64,000 nt of DNA, from positions 2,560,001 through 2,624,000 of the forward strand of contig CBDBCF010000001.1 of NCBI GenBank assembly GCA_965202985.1, in the 5' to 3' direction. This DNA is from Longimicrobiales bacterium (GTDB lineage Bacteria > Gemmatimonadota > Gemmatimonadetes > Longimicrobiales > Gaopeijiaceae). The notes below the pieces were generated by a model, which was given only the letters and a program-made list of their open reading frames with translations, searched no databases and had not been told where the DNA came from. The position numbers and the translations under genes were made by a program. Below, piece by piece: positions 53,101-56,980 of this stretch; within the stretch, counting starts at the first letter, position 1, and the number at the start of each line of letters is the position of its first letter.

Positions 53101-53256
53101 TGGTCGCTGCTGGGCGGCGAGACCATGGGCACGGGCCAAGAGCCCGCGGCTCCGGGCCTCCGCCTGATGATGGACCTGTTCGGCGAGCATGTGGCCAACG
53201 GCTTCCAGCCCCCGGAACGCCGCGTCGGACTCTCCGGCAGGATCGTCTTCGACTAG
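20161..53256 (+). CDS. Giant (~11,031 aa) repetitive adhesin-like autotransporter
   Basis: Single open frame; signal peptide MMKHMPSVSAAVGLLWLLASPWGLEA; ~76 beta-rich ~125-aa repeats; 5 cadherin-like domains; C-terminal amphipathic beta-strands (WTVWGQ, YLGLDYRF, LYPYLHW, GGRFDGGDAETG, terminal LSGRIVFD). Confidence 0.85.
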   Translation: MMKHMPSVSAAVGLLWLLASPWGLEARGASGEDRGGPAEEAGGAQQGNAPVVSDVYFTTTPTHDSTYERGEPITVRVVFDRAIVVTGSPQLAMTMGSTTRPFYHLAVGSNYIDFNDYTESTDHDLDGISIGASALTLNGGTITSSDGTNAALGLGTHAITNDPARKVQGGRRSAPRVASVTFITDAGSDSTYTFGDEIEVVVRFDRAVVVNRHVTVSGRPQLALTVGSQTRQARYEVQPGPTSNILWFSYFVQASDSDANGISIGANALTLNGGTLTLLGYSPVSAILGLGTHAVTNAAAHKVDGSRGTKVTGVSISSPSSSDSTFKGADRIKATVTFSAAVDVASTRPVLSLGIGSATRQASYARGGGTSSLEFEYTVSSSDSDANGISIAADALCCDGRVLVVGQGTTRAALGLGSHAISNSAAHKVDGSVAGAPVVTDVQFTTTPASDSTYEVGELIGVRVFFDRSFALTGRPQLALTFGSGTGQMSPTGWGGSAISFDYYLRATDVDTDGISIGANALTLNGGTITSSDRTTNAELGLGTHAIANDPAQKADGRRATAPTITDAYIHTSAGSDSTYAVSEEITMWVVFDRGVVMTGEPQLALTIGSQTRYASYSGPTPTAARRDFYFRYFVQASDRDADGLSVGPALVLNGGTIKVAGDTVNANLALGAHAIANAAAHKVDGSMGTGVTGVSISSPSSSDSTFKAGDWIEVTVTWNRAVDVNLSSPPRMVLGIGLLDRAARYARGHGTSSLVFRHPVQRSDLDLDGISIAAGALTNWGRGRIFAAGTRTQAGLGLGAHAISNSAAHKVDGRRVGAPVVSNVRFTSTPASSDSTYHLGERIHVEVLFDRSISYTGTPQLALWVGAATRYAALSSASLRGSLVFTYDVQASDSDPDGVSIGVNALRLNGGTITARTDTTAANLGLGSQITNDGRHQVDGSQVTAPSVADVRITSSPASGSTYGLGEQIEVAVDFDRPVVVTGEPIVTLLIGAEFPAARYHCPGCTGGATTLNFRHTVRAVDRDSDGLSLHNNSLARSIGTINLAANGTTAANRSFGAHAVSNVAAHKVDGSRAPVPAATAVQILSSPPADQTYELGEEIAFRVSWNRAVAVTGTPQLAVTIGSRTRQADYYESASGTRTHFRYKVQASDVDADGISVATNALTLNSGTINDAVNDSAAALTLPRAIPNTLSHKVNGGRTTRPSVSALSLNSTPDFTFTLGDRIVVTVRWDRTVAVTGTPRLALTIGTQTRQAEYASGTGTNALAFHYTVAATDVDTTGISIGASALTLNGGTIKHVGSSAVDANLGLGTHAITNSARHKVDGSQVSIIMRGVGVSGLSCPETGDTCELGDRILVFGLWTDSNRRRIVGIDVTGTPQIAIAVGAQTRYANYDAVKTVELGTSGPGVVYFSYFVQPADRDTDGIHIPPNGLRLNGGTIKVAGSQRDAPLKHAGSPVATDTKVNGGSLTAPSARSVRIVSSPASGDTYGFFENIRVRVEFSRAVAVTGTPRLALAIGSQTRQASYASGTGTEFLEFGYRVQVSDADADGIGVGANALTLNGGKIALQGDTATNASLALGHHAIANAAAHKVDASQGAPGVGGLVLGSPPVGDTFERGDTIAATLTFNRAVDVTGTPQLALTIGATTRQAAYVSGTGTASLVFRYVVVQADADADGLSIGASALALNGGTIDAAGGTTDARLGLGSHAVANSSGHKVAGGTFTAAAVSGVSITSSPASDSTYGFDEVIEVQATFNRRVTVTGTPQLALTIGTQTRQANYTSGTGTASLTFRYTVMAADADSTGVGIGASALALNGGGIADARDGSTAASLGLGANAIAAAAAHKVDGARGPPRVAGVAVGSPAVGDTFERGERIEVTVTFTKAVDVTGTPQLALTIGAATKQAAYASGTGTASLVFRYLVVQADADADGLSIGASALALNGGTIDEAGGTTDALLGLGSRAIANSSGHKVAGGTFTTPAVSGVTISSSPGVGDTYALAERIEVEVAFSRPVSVSGAPQLALTIGTQTRQAAYASGTGTTTLTFGYAVVAADSDTTGISIGASALTLNGGTINDVRSSATAASLGLGANAIANASGHKVIGTPAVPTVTGASVASSPASGDAYGAGETITVHIVFQVPVVVTGAPQLALTVGPETRQAALAGGSGTDTLAFSYTTVATDTDTDGIGVAASALALNGGTIRSGRGTDALLGLGAHAIANAAGHKVDGRATAPTVTAVRVASTPLFQVRNVGLYGRGETIEVQVGFSLPVRVTGAPRLALTIGAATRQAAYAGGSGTATLAFRYTVGQSDVDGDGIGVGASALTLNGGAIRSRAGASAALGLGSHAITAASGHTVDGQQGGGEPEVTGGSIVSRPGVGDSYGVGETIRLRVVFNELVAVTGTPQLGLEIGTATRLASYASGTGTTELEFRYTVQAGDKDDNGVAVPGTFTDLAGSISSVASGNSLDTSKEYERVKTADLVDHKVDAASDNRASIPMPNAVTISSSAGNDSTYAADDTISVQVGFTVAATVTGTPQLALSIGSATRQAAYASGSGTATLTFRYAVTDADADADGISIGDLALALNGGTIRSGSGAYATLTLGTHAISNAAAHKVAGTTTAPTVNAASVTSTPATGDTYGAAEKIAVQIGFRIPVVVTGAPQLALTIGTRTRQAGYAGGSGTRVLTFDYATVATDADANGIGVAAAALTLNGGTVRNWAGTNAVLGLGANAIANASGHKVNGAATVPAVNTLTIASTPASGDTYGAGETISVEVGFRIPATVTGAPQLALTVGAQTRQAGYASGSGTKTLTFSYEVAATDADSDGIGVGASALALNGGTIQSGAGTNAALGLGAHAIANAGGHKVNGVATVPTVNAVTIASTPASGDTYGAGETITVEVGFRIPATVTGTPRLALTVGAQTRQAEYASGSGTKTLTFSYEVVATDADSDGIGVGASALALNGGTIQSGAGTNAALGLGTNAIANAGSHKVDGAATAPTVNAVTIASTPASGDTYGAGETITVEVGFQIPATVTGTPQLALTVGSQTRQAGYASGSGTKTLTFSYTVLATDADSDGIGVGASALALNGGTIQSGAGTNAALGLGTNAIANASSHKVDGAATVPAVNAATIASTPASGDTYGAGETISVEVGFQIPATVTGTPLLALTVGASTVQAQYVRGSGSGTLVFEHVVQAANVDADGISIGASALTLNAGTIRSGAGTNAVLGLGTNAIANASGHKVNGATATPPTVSAVAVASSPASGDTYGAGERIDVTVGFDIAVDVTGAPQLALTIGAQTRQAAYRSGGGTRTLAFEYVVQSADADNDGIGIGASALALNGGTIGSSFGASAVLGLGTNAIANASGHKVNGATATVPTVSRAAIASAPATGDTYGAAEAITVEITFTTPVTVTGAPQLALTIGAQTRQASYAAGSGDKTLSFAYATTVADADSDGIGVGASALALNGGTIRSQTGTNAALGLGAHTIADASGHKVDGTTTVPVVNAVAIASSPASGDTYEIGETITVQVGFQIAVTVTGTPQLALTIGTRTRQASYAAGSGADSLTFSYTVEAGDSDSDGIGVGASALSLNGGTIRSGTSTNAALGLGAHAIANAAAHKVDASQGPPGVAGLVLGSPPVGDTFERGDTIVAMVTFNKAVDVTGAPQLALTIGAVVRQAAYAGGTGTASLVFRYVVASSDTDADGLSVGASALALNGGTIRLAGGTTNALLGLGSRAVTNSAGHKVAGGALRAPAVTGVVLVGSPDSASTYGLGEEITVQVTFGRPVNVRRTPRLALTIGAQSRQANFVLGSGTATLTFRYVVASSDADADGLSIGATALTLNGGTIVDLRDGATAAALGLGANAIADAAGHKVDGSMEKAPAVVGVQIGSTPADGTTYKRSEKIRVEIAFDRVVAVTNSHRLGLALTLGTQTRQASYLRGTRTKTLTFEYTVQPSDADSDGLSIGASALTLNGGRANSGAIRIAGGTANALLGLGAHAISNSASHKVDGSRIVSPSVDEVAIGGRRVGDTYELGQFIIIFLIFDREVVVTGAPQVALRVGTQTRQAEYFTGSTDQLTFTYVVQASDVDADGISMDANALTLNGGTIASAVDSTTAANLATQAFAPGANYKVNGAQTTQPSVTTVAFGDLPTGQTYELGDEVVVSVGFDRVIEVTGAPQLALTIGAETRQASFDELARLGDILRFSYVVRPPDADSNGISIGANALTLNGGTIRLGGSATVNANLGLGAHAIVDDPNRKVDSNRGPPGVSGLALNSPVADDTYGLGDVIEATVTFNKSVDVTGTPQLALGIGSQTRQASYASGTGTASLVFRYTVAAADADSVGLSIGASALSLNGGTIDVAGGTTDAFLDLGGHAVSNSASHKVDGTLDRPTVADLVVGSPPTGDTFERNDSIAVTVTFNKSVDVTGTPQLALGIGTQTRQAAYASGTGTASLVFRYLVVPGDVDADGLSIGASALSLNGGTIDIAGGTTDALLGLGTHAVSNSSGHKVAGGTFTATAVSGVSITSSPAADSTYGLGEQIEVEVTFVRPVVVTGMPQVALGIGTDTVHADYASGTGTTTLTFRHAVAVGDADSDGIGVGASALTLNGGTIADARDGATAAGLGLSAHAIANAAAHKVDASRGAAGVTGVSIGAPVVGDTFERADTIAATVTFNKAVDVGGAPQLALTIGAVARQASYASGTGTASLVFRYVVVQADADADGLSIGSSALGLNGGTIRVAGETTDALLGLGSHAVSNSAGHKVAGGTLTGPSPSGVAIASTPSSDGTYGRTERIEVEVTFARPVVVTGTPQLALGIGSQTRQASYASGSGTKALAFRYTVQGTDRDSTGLSVGASALSLNGGTIADARDGATAAALGLGAHAVSNAAAHKVDGSLGTPGVIGVSFADDPYNSEYERGDAIDVRVLFSRAVDVTGAPELALGIGSQTRRAAYASGTGTDTLLFRYVVVQSDRDVDGISIGAGALTLNGGTIRASGTTLDAVLGLGSHAIANSSNHQVNGSLFTGLAVEDVVVRSAPASDSTYKLGERIELDVLFQRTVVVTGTPELALGIGSATRQASYASGSGTKQLRFRYAVQAADVDADGISLGASALALNGGTIVDARAGGSAAGLGTSASVFSDAAAHKVNGGVGAPSVSALSIGAPVVGDVFERGDTIVATVAFNAAVDVTGTPQLALAIGSATRQAGYASGTGTASLVFRYVVVQTDADADGLSVGASALALNGGTVRRTGTATDAVLGLGGHAVANSAGHKVAGGTFTASSVGGVAIASVPGSDSTYVRTERIEVEVTFARPVTVTGTPRLALAIGSQTRQAAYASGSGTKTLTFRYAVQAADSDSDGIGVGASALALNGGAIADARDGATAAALGLGSHAIANAAAHKVNGARGPPGVSGLSIGSPVVGDTFERGDTIAATVTFDVSVDVTGTPRLALAIGTQTRQASYASGTGTASLVFRYVVAQADADADGLSIAASALGLNGGTIDVAGGTTDALLGLGSHAVSNSAGHKVAGGTFTAASVSGVTIASEPASDSTYAETEEIAVEVSFSRRVTVTGTPQLALAIDTLTRQAEYAGGTGTATLTFAYQVAAADVDSTGLSIAASALGLNGGTIADARDGTTAASLGLGSNAVSDAAAHKVDGSLPPPVTRATGAPEATGLAIGAPAVGDVFERGETIEVELAFHRAVEVTGTPRLALTIGAATRQASYAAGTGTDTLVFRYVVAAGDADADGIGIAASALALNGGTIRAAGEALDALLDLGAFAVANSAGHKVAGGTFTTPAVSGVTISSAPASDSTYQLGERIEVKVAFGRPVAVTGAPELALAIGAQTRQASWASASSTADTLVFGYAVRPADADADGIGIAASALALNGGTIADVRAGATAASLGLGSNAIVNAAAHKVDGSLGPPGATHLSVTAPLSAQTFERGDTIFASVRFNKAVDVTGTPELALAIGSATRQASYASGTGATELEFRYVVVQSDADADGLSIAANALTLNGGTIDVAGGTTDALLSLEHVAISNAAGFRVAGGTFTAPAVTWAGISSSPSDGSTYELGEQIGVTVTFNRNVTVTGAPELALAIGAQTRQAAYVAAASGNRELEFRYAVAAGDADADGISVGASALTLNGGTIVDPRDGTTAANLGLGASAIANSAGHAVDGSRGPPGASGVSIAAPPTGDTFERGDTIAATVVFNKAVDATGTPELALTIGAQTRQASYASGTGTTSLVFRYVVATADADADGISIAAGALALNGGTIDVAGGTTDAVLGLGRHAIANSAGHKVSGSTFTASAVSGVTISSSPSSGDTYGLGERIEVEVAFVRAVGATGTPRLALGVGADTVHADYASGTGTKTLTFRYAVAASDADSDGISIGASALALNGGTIVDARDGATAASLGLGSNAIANAAAHKVDGAQGPAGVIALTIASPVVGDTFERGDTVVATVTFNKAVDATGAPQLALTIGTQTRQAAYARGTGTASLVFQYVVATADADADGISIAAGALSLNGGTIDVAGGTTDALLGLGAHAVTNSAGHKVAGGTFTAAAASGVAIASAPASDSTYGRTERIEVEVTFDRNVTVTGAPQLALTVGTQTRQAAYASGTGTKTLAFRYTVQAADSDSTGIGIAASALALNGGAIADARDGATAATLGLGSNAISNAAAHKVDGSRGPPGVTALSIGSPTVGDTFERGETIEVALAFNRAVDVTGAPRLALGIGSATRQASYAAGTGTDTLTFRYVVAAGDADADGISIGAGALALSGGTIKVAGGTLDATLGLGAGVAVSNSGSHKVAGGTFTTPAVSAVTISSTPASGQTYQLGEQIEVKVAFGRPVAVTGSPRLALTIGTTTRQAGYVAASSKADTLAFGYAVRPADADADGLSIAASALALNGGSIADARPGAVAAALGLGSSAVSNDASHKVNGSLGPPGVVGLTVAAPVVGTTFERGDTIVATVTFNKAVDATGTPQLALAIGNATRQANYASGTGTTALVFRYVVAAADADADGLSIGASALALNGGTIDVAGGTTDALLSLEHHALGNDGARRVAGGTFTAASASGVAISSSPASDSTYGRTERIEVEVTFDRNVAVTGAPQLALGIGTQTRQAAYASGTGTTTLTFGYTVAAADADANGIGIGASALALNGGTIADARDASEAAGLGLGSYAIANAAAHKVDGNQGPPGATGLTVASPPTGDTFERGDVIAAALTFNRAVAVTGTPQLALGIGTQTRQASYASGSGTMSLVFEYTVVQADADADGLSIGTSALALNGGTIRLSGGTLDATLGLSTHAISNSTGHKVAGGTFTASSVSGVTITSTPSSGDTYGLGEEIEVEATFVRPVNVTGAPQLALTVGAATRQAAYASGTGTKTLTFGYEVVAGDADANGIGVGASALALNGGTIADARDGSTAASLGLGSSAVANAAAHKVDGSLGPPGVTGLAIGSPQVGDTFERGETIEVEVAFNKAVAVTGTPQLALTIGTTTKQASYAAGTDTDTLVFRYVVAAADADADGISIGASALALNGGTIDVSGGTTDAVLRLGASAVANSTGHKVAGGTFTAAAANGAAITSAPSSDSTYGRTERIEVEVSFTRPVTVTGPPQLALTIGTRTRQAAYASGSGTTTLAFGYTVQAADADSDGLSVGASALALNGGTIADARDGATAATLGLGTNAIANAAAHKVDGSRGPPGVTALSISAPTVGDTFERGETIEVALVFNRSVDVTGTPRLALTIGSATRQASWAAGTGTDTLTFRYVVAAGDADGDGVSIGVGALTLNGGTIRVAGGTLDATLGLGSSAVTNSGGHKVAGGTFTTPAPSGVTVSSTPASASTYQLGESIEVKVAFGRPVTVTGSPRLALTIGTQTRQASYDASSSKADTLVFGYAVRPADADADGLSIAASALTLNGGAIADVRPGAAAAALDLGSNAVTNAASHKVNGSLGPPGVVGLTVAAPPVGATFERGDTVAATVTFNKAVDVTGTPQLALGIGSTTRQAAYASGTGTTALVFRYVVVQADADADGLSVGANALALNGGTIDVAGGTTDALLSLAHHAIGNDGARRVAGGTFTASSVAGVTISSSPASDSTYGRTEAIEVEVTFDRNVAVTGTPQVALTIGSQTRQAAYASGTGTKTLTFQYTVAAADADANGISIGASALALNGGTISDARDASEAAGLGLGSNAISNAAAHKVDGNQGPPGVTGLVVASPPVGDTFERGDVIAATATFNRAVDVTGTPQLALGIGTQTRQASYASGSGTTALVFRYTVVQADADADGISIGTSALALNSGTIRLSGGTLDATLGLGTHAISNSTGHKVAGGTFTAASVSGVTITSTPSSGDTYGLGEEIEVEATFVRPVNVTGAPQLALTVGAATRQADYASGTGTKTLTFGYEVVAGDADANGIGIGASALALNSGTIADARDGSTAASLGLGSNTVSNAAAHKVDGSLGPPGVTGLSIGAPQVGDTFERGETIEVEVVFNKSVAVTGTPQLQLRFSSGSKQADYASGTGTDTLVFRYVVAAADADADGLGIGASDLRLNGGTIRRSGAATDAVLGLGSHAVIRSTGHKVAGGTFTAAAASGVAITSAPSSDSTYGRTEVIEVEVGFTRPVTVTGVPQLALTIGSQTRQASYASGSGTTALTFQYTVQASDADSTGIGIAASALALNGGTIADARGGTTAAGLGLGSNAISNAAAHKVDGSRGPPGVTSLTIGSPTVGDVFERGETIEVELVFNRAVDVTGAPRLALTIGSATRQAIYASGSGTDTLVFRYVVAAGDADSDGIGIAASALALSGGTIKVAGGTLDATLGLGTSAVTNSAGHKVAGGTFTTPAVSAVTISSAPASASTYQLGESIEVKVAFNRPVAVTGAPRLALTIGTTTRQAGYDAASSKADTLVFGYAIRPADADADGIGIGASALALNSGTIADVRPGAAAAALDLSANAVTNAASHKVNGSLGPPGVVGLTVAAPLVGDTFERGDTVVATVTFNKAVDVTGTPQLALAIGSTTRQAAYASGTGTTALVFRYVVVQADADADGLSVGASALALNGGTIDVAGGTTDALLSLEHYAISNDGARRVAGGTFTASSVSAVSITSSPAGGSTYGLSEEIGVDVTFNRNVAVTGAPELALTIGSQTRQASYVSTTGGRVLSFSYTVVAGDADGNGLSIGASALGLNGGTIADARDANEAASLGLGSHAISNAGSHRVDGTQGPPGVSGVSIASPVVGDTFERGDTVVATIVFNKAVDVTGTPQLALTIGSTTKQASYASGTGTASLVFRYVVVTADADADGISIGATALALNGGTIDVAGGTVDAVLGLGTHAVTNSAGHKVAGGTFTAASVSGVALTSSPAVATTYGRDESIEVQVTFNRRVAVTGMPQVALTVGAQTRQADYASGTGTRALTFRYVVVAADADADGIEVGASALALNSGTIADARDGSTAASLGLGSHALSAAAGHKVDGTLAGASVSGVAVSSAPESGDTYGLGERIEVEVTFDRAVTVTGAPQLALTVGAVARQASYAGGSGTATLSFAYRVRGAGSGGSGAGGVDADADGVGVAAAALTLNGGTIVNTADGVRPATLGLGGHAVAAAANDKVDGTVEVAPVVVGVAVTSEPVATGLYGAGGVIRVEVTFSRPVDVAGASSSPALAASMSAATAANTAAARLAIDVGGTTRHAVYVSGSGTTVLVFEYVVRPADRDPDGISIPADALAESAGALRIAGGQAAAVLDLGAHAVTDLTGHAVNGAGSLDPVFGRLEYEFELAENVAGPLPLGEVVATSPLGAEMRYGLESGGEGLFEVDVSSGVVTYVGGGEDAEQRSEYVMLVVAVTDGVGEDEQLETVAKVTVKVMNENDEAPSFVEERWAFELAEGAAGPLVLGVLEAVDPDEGDTLTYALVAGDAERFELDGQTGELRYVGGGEDYETSVGMWRLEATATDLLGRTARTTATVVVADVNEAPVFADSAYAFELAENVAGPLVLGMVRATDPDRDDPPTYSLAEGDRERFEVDAATGELRYVGAGEDAETGPESWALEVHATDRGGIAASARVVVALLDRNEAPVFAAEVYEWEFEENVAGPLVLGAVEAADPDRADTLVYSLSGEGAALFEVDAATGEVRYAGAGEDYEVGPASWAFEVVATDGEGLAARVAAAVALLDVNEAPAFADSAYAFELAENVAGPLMLGAVEATDPDRGDAPAYSLAEGDAERFEVDAVTGEVRYVGSGEDYEQGPPTFALTVRATDAGGLTAEAVATVTLLDVNEGPEAVGAMSPKTLEAYGAAVQEELGRYFRDPDGDALAYAVESSSPAVAVATVTGVGVLSIAPQAIGEAVVTVRASDPGGLSAQQQVRVTVEASRSERARALELTLAAFGRSLGTETVEAIGGRLGLGSSGALGRSHVQLGGRSLACGAPGAGSGGFGGVVPGVASAARDQTDAGVAAAADGRTDTTPTLRAWRPAGPTNGSAASAGGDNAGAGSGKCGLESLVRGATGLLGLQIAHPGSADAAGGTVDLAALLFGDGRSGRFGGPGAGIAGGMAGTGGAYRGQQQADAERADRTGGLTFNPVDARGLRSQSSFQLSFGGSDGSADASSAGASASSQAALRSGWTVWGQANLGEFEGRPRDDFAMDGRTRSAYLGLDYRFGSGFLMGLAGSRSDMEAGFDSRINGAGSVDARLTSLYPYLHWSSGGGFGVWGLAGAGRGDATLEESAGGRFDTDLEMRMGALGVRQELTGGLALKADAFAVRILSDEVAGLAGVTADAQRVRLAPEIGGQWSLGDGLAMRTRLEVGGRFDGGDAETGMGAEAGAEVGLAHQASGFSMTARGRALLVHQERDFKDWGAGFSLRLQPGGGGEGEGGLSFSVEPTWGDAGGGARALWQGGADVWRTAGADGFGAPGRAARPVGASVPASPGLGQSQGEASAQGASAANGDPAGPPASPGLPTSAGVPAPASTPGWAPDRVAMEVGYGVLLPGGGQVKPFGRWSREGAAGHRVNVGTRWSLLGGETMGTGQEPAAPGLRLMMDLFGEHVANGFQPPERRVGLSGRIVFD
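20300..49370 (+). repeat. Coding tandem array of ~76 units of ~375-390 bp (putative Ig-like domains)
   Basis: Recurrent VTGTPQLALTIG.QTRQA.YASG.GT..L.F.Y.V...DAD.DG..IGASAL.LNGGTI...LGLG..AI.N...HKV.G. Units counted by eye from the HKVxG ends. Confidence 0.92.
49375..50900 (+). repeat. Five cadherin-like repeats (~303 bp period)
   Basis: F.LAENVAGPL.LG.V.A.DPD..D...Y.L...F.VD..TGE.RYVG.GED.E, with linkers NENDEAP/DVNEAP/DRNEAP/DVNEAP/DVNEGP (Ca2+-binding type). Confidence 0.85.
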
Positions 53257-53305
53257 GGAGAGTCCTTTCGACGCCCCTGTGCCCGGCGGCGGCCGTCCGA
53301 AGACC

Positions 53306-53335
53306 TTGACGTCTCCGGCGGCCAGCGCTTAAGGT
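53306..53335 (+). promoter_or_regulatory. sigma70-type promoter for the tRNA pair
   Basis: TTGACG, 18-bp spacer, TAAGGT; ~70 bp upstream of tRNA-Gly. Confidence 0.55.
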
Positions 53336-53407
53336 TCATCTTCAAGGCGGCCGCCGGTCGCTCGCCGCAGCGGCCGTGCCAGGTCGCTGGGAGTCGCAGG
53401 ACACAAC

Positions 53408-53480
<73 letters not shown>

Positions 53481-53526
53481 CTTCGGGAACGCGCCGGCCG
53501 GTCGCCGGGCGTCCCCAAGTTCCGTC

Positions 53527-53598
53527 GGCGCCGTAGCCAAGTGGTAAGGCGGAGGTCTGCAAAACCTCTATTCGGCGGTTCGAATCCGCCCGGCGCCT
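53527..53598 (+). tRNA. tRNA-Cys (GCA), CCA not encoded
   Basis: Acceptor GGCGCCG/CGGCGCC; anticodon arm GAGGT-CTGCAAA-ACCTC; GGTTCGAATCC. Confidence 0.97.
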
Positions 53599-53641
53599 CT
53601 GCGGTTGGCCTGTTCGCTACGCCGGACCCGAGGAAGGCTGC

Positions 53642-55203
53642 CTGGACCCGACCCCCGACAACGTCGTCCTCCGAGGCCACGGCCTGGAGCTGTCCGCCAT
53701 CGAAGATGTGGCCCTCGGCAGGGCGTCGGTCTCGATCGGCGCGTTCGCCAAGGAGAACGTCCTTCGCTCTCGGGCGTTGCTGGAGCGCCTTCTCGAAGAG
53801 GGCAAGCCCGTATACGGCGTCACGACGGGCTTCGGACGACTCGCCGGGGAATCCATCCGTCGCAACGAACAGCAGGTCCTCCAGCGGAATTTGGTGCGCA
53901 GCCATGCGGCGGGTACCGGTCGTCCCCTGCCTGCGGCCGAAGTTCGCGCCATCGTGCTGTTGCGCGCCCAGGGCTTGGCGCGGGGGCACTCGGGATGCAG
54001 GCTGGTCGTCGTGGAACGCCTCCTGGAACTCCTTGACCGGGGCGTCAACCCTGTTGTTCCCGAAATCGGCTCCGTCGGCGCCAGCGGCGACTTGGCGCCT
54101 TTGGCTCACGTGGCCTTGGTGCTCATGGGAGAAGGTCGCGCCGAGTTCCGCGGCCGCGAGGGCCCCGCCGCCCATGTGCTGGCCAAGGCCGGGATCGAGC
54201 CGATTGATCTGGCCGAAAAGGAAGGCGTCGCCCTGGTCAACGGCACCCAGGCCACGACCGCGATCGGCGCGCTGGCCCTGGTCCGCCTGGTTCGCGCAAC
54301 GGCCACGGCCGACGCAGCGGGCGCGACCAGCTTGGAAGGGCTTCGGGGCACGCCCTGCGCCTTCCGCCCCGAGATCCAGTCCGCCCGTCCCCATTCGGGA
54401 CAGGTCGAATGCGCCGAGCGCCTGCGCGCCTTGCTGGCCGGATCGGAGATTCGCGAGTCCCACAGAGAAGGGGACCCACGGTTGCAGGACGCTTACTCGC
54501 TGCGCTGCATGCCCCAGGTCCACGGCGCCGCCCGCCAAGCCCTGGACTACGCGAGCCGGATCGTCCAGCAAGAGGCCAACTCCACCACGGACAACCCCTT
54601 GGTGCTCCCGGACGCAGGCGAAGTCCTGAGCGGCGGCAACTTCCATGCCCAAATCGTCGCGCAGGCCCTGGACCTTGCTGCAATCGCGGCGGCGGACCTG
54701 GCATCGATCTGCGAGCGGCGCATCGACCGTCTCCTGAACCCCGACCTGTCCGGCCTGCCGGCCTTCCTCACGCCCCGTCCCGGCGTTCGCTCGGGCTTCA
54801 TGATCGCCCAGGTGACGGCGGCGGACGCCCTGTCGGAGATGCGCGTCTTGGCGTCGCCGGCCAGCATCGACTCCGTGACCACCAGTGCGGCACAGGAAGA
54901 CCACGTGTCCATGGGGATGGCCGCGGCGCGCAAGCTCCGCCGCACCGTGGGGCTCCTGGAGACGGTGCTGGCCGTCGAGTTGCTGTGCTCCGTGCAAGCC
55001 GTGGAGTGCCATCGTCCAATGCGGGCCGGAGCGGGAGTGGAAGCGGTCGTGGCGGCCGTGCGGTCCCGCGTCGAGCCGCTGGACGACGACCGCGCCCTCG
55101 GGACCGACATCGAAGCTGTGGCCGACTTGATTCGGCGCGGCGCCTTCAGCCGGATCGCGGACGACCTCTACGACGCCCGCAAGCGTCAAGCCTCGGAGGA
55201 AAG

Positions 55204-55207
<4 letters not shown>
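53642..55207 (+). CDS. hutH: Histidine ammonia-lyase (probable CTG start at 53642; first canonical start GTG 53708)
   Basis: [20 protein letters not shown]-forming [37 protein letters not shown]. Confidence 0.95.
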
Positions 55208-56910
<1,703 letters not shown>

Positions 56911-56919
56911 CACGCGGTT

Positions 56920-56949
56920 CCCCGCGGACCGCCACCCCGCGGACCGCCA
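56920..56949. repeat. Exact 15-bp tandem duplication in the convergent hutU/hutF gap
   Basis: CCCCGCGGACCGCCA x2, with a partial third CGCGGACC near 56956. Confidence 0.75.
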
Positions 56950-56980
56950 GTTCGTCGCGGACCACCCGTATCCCGCCGGA

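Noticed and set aside
19378..53190. Very long minus-strand ORFs (1229, 3381, 4370, 2015 aa) opposite the giant gene
   Set aside because: Arg-rich antisense shadows caused by GC-rich repetitive codon usage; they show no motifs, and the plus-strand frame has a coherent architecture.
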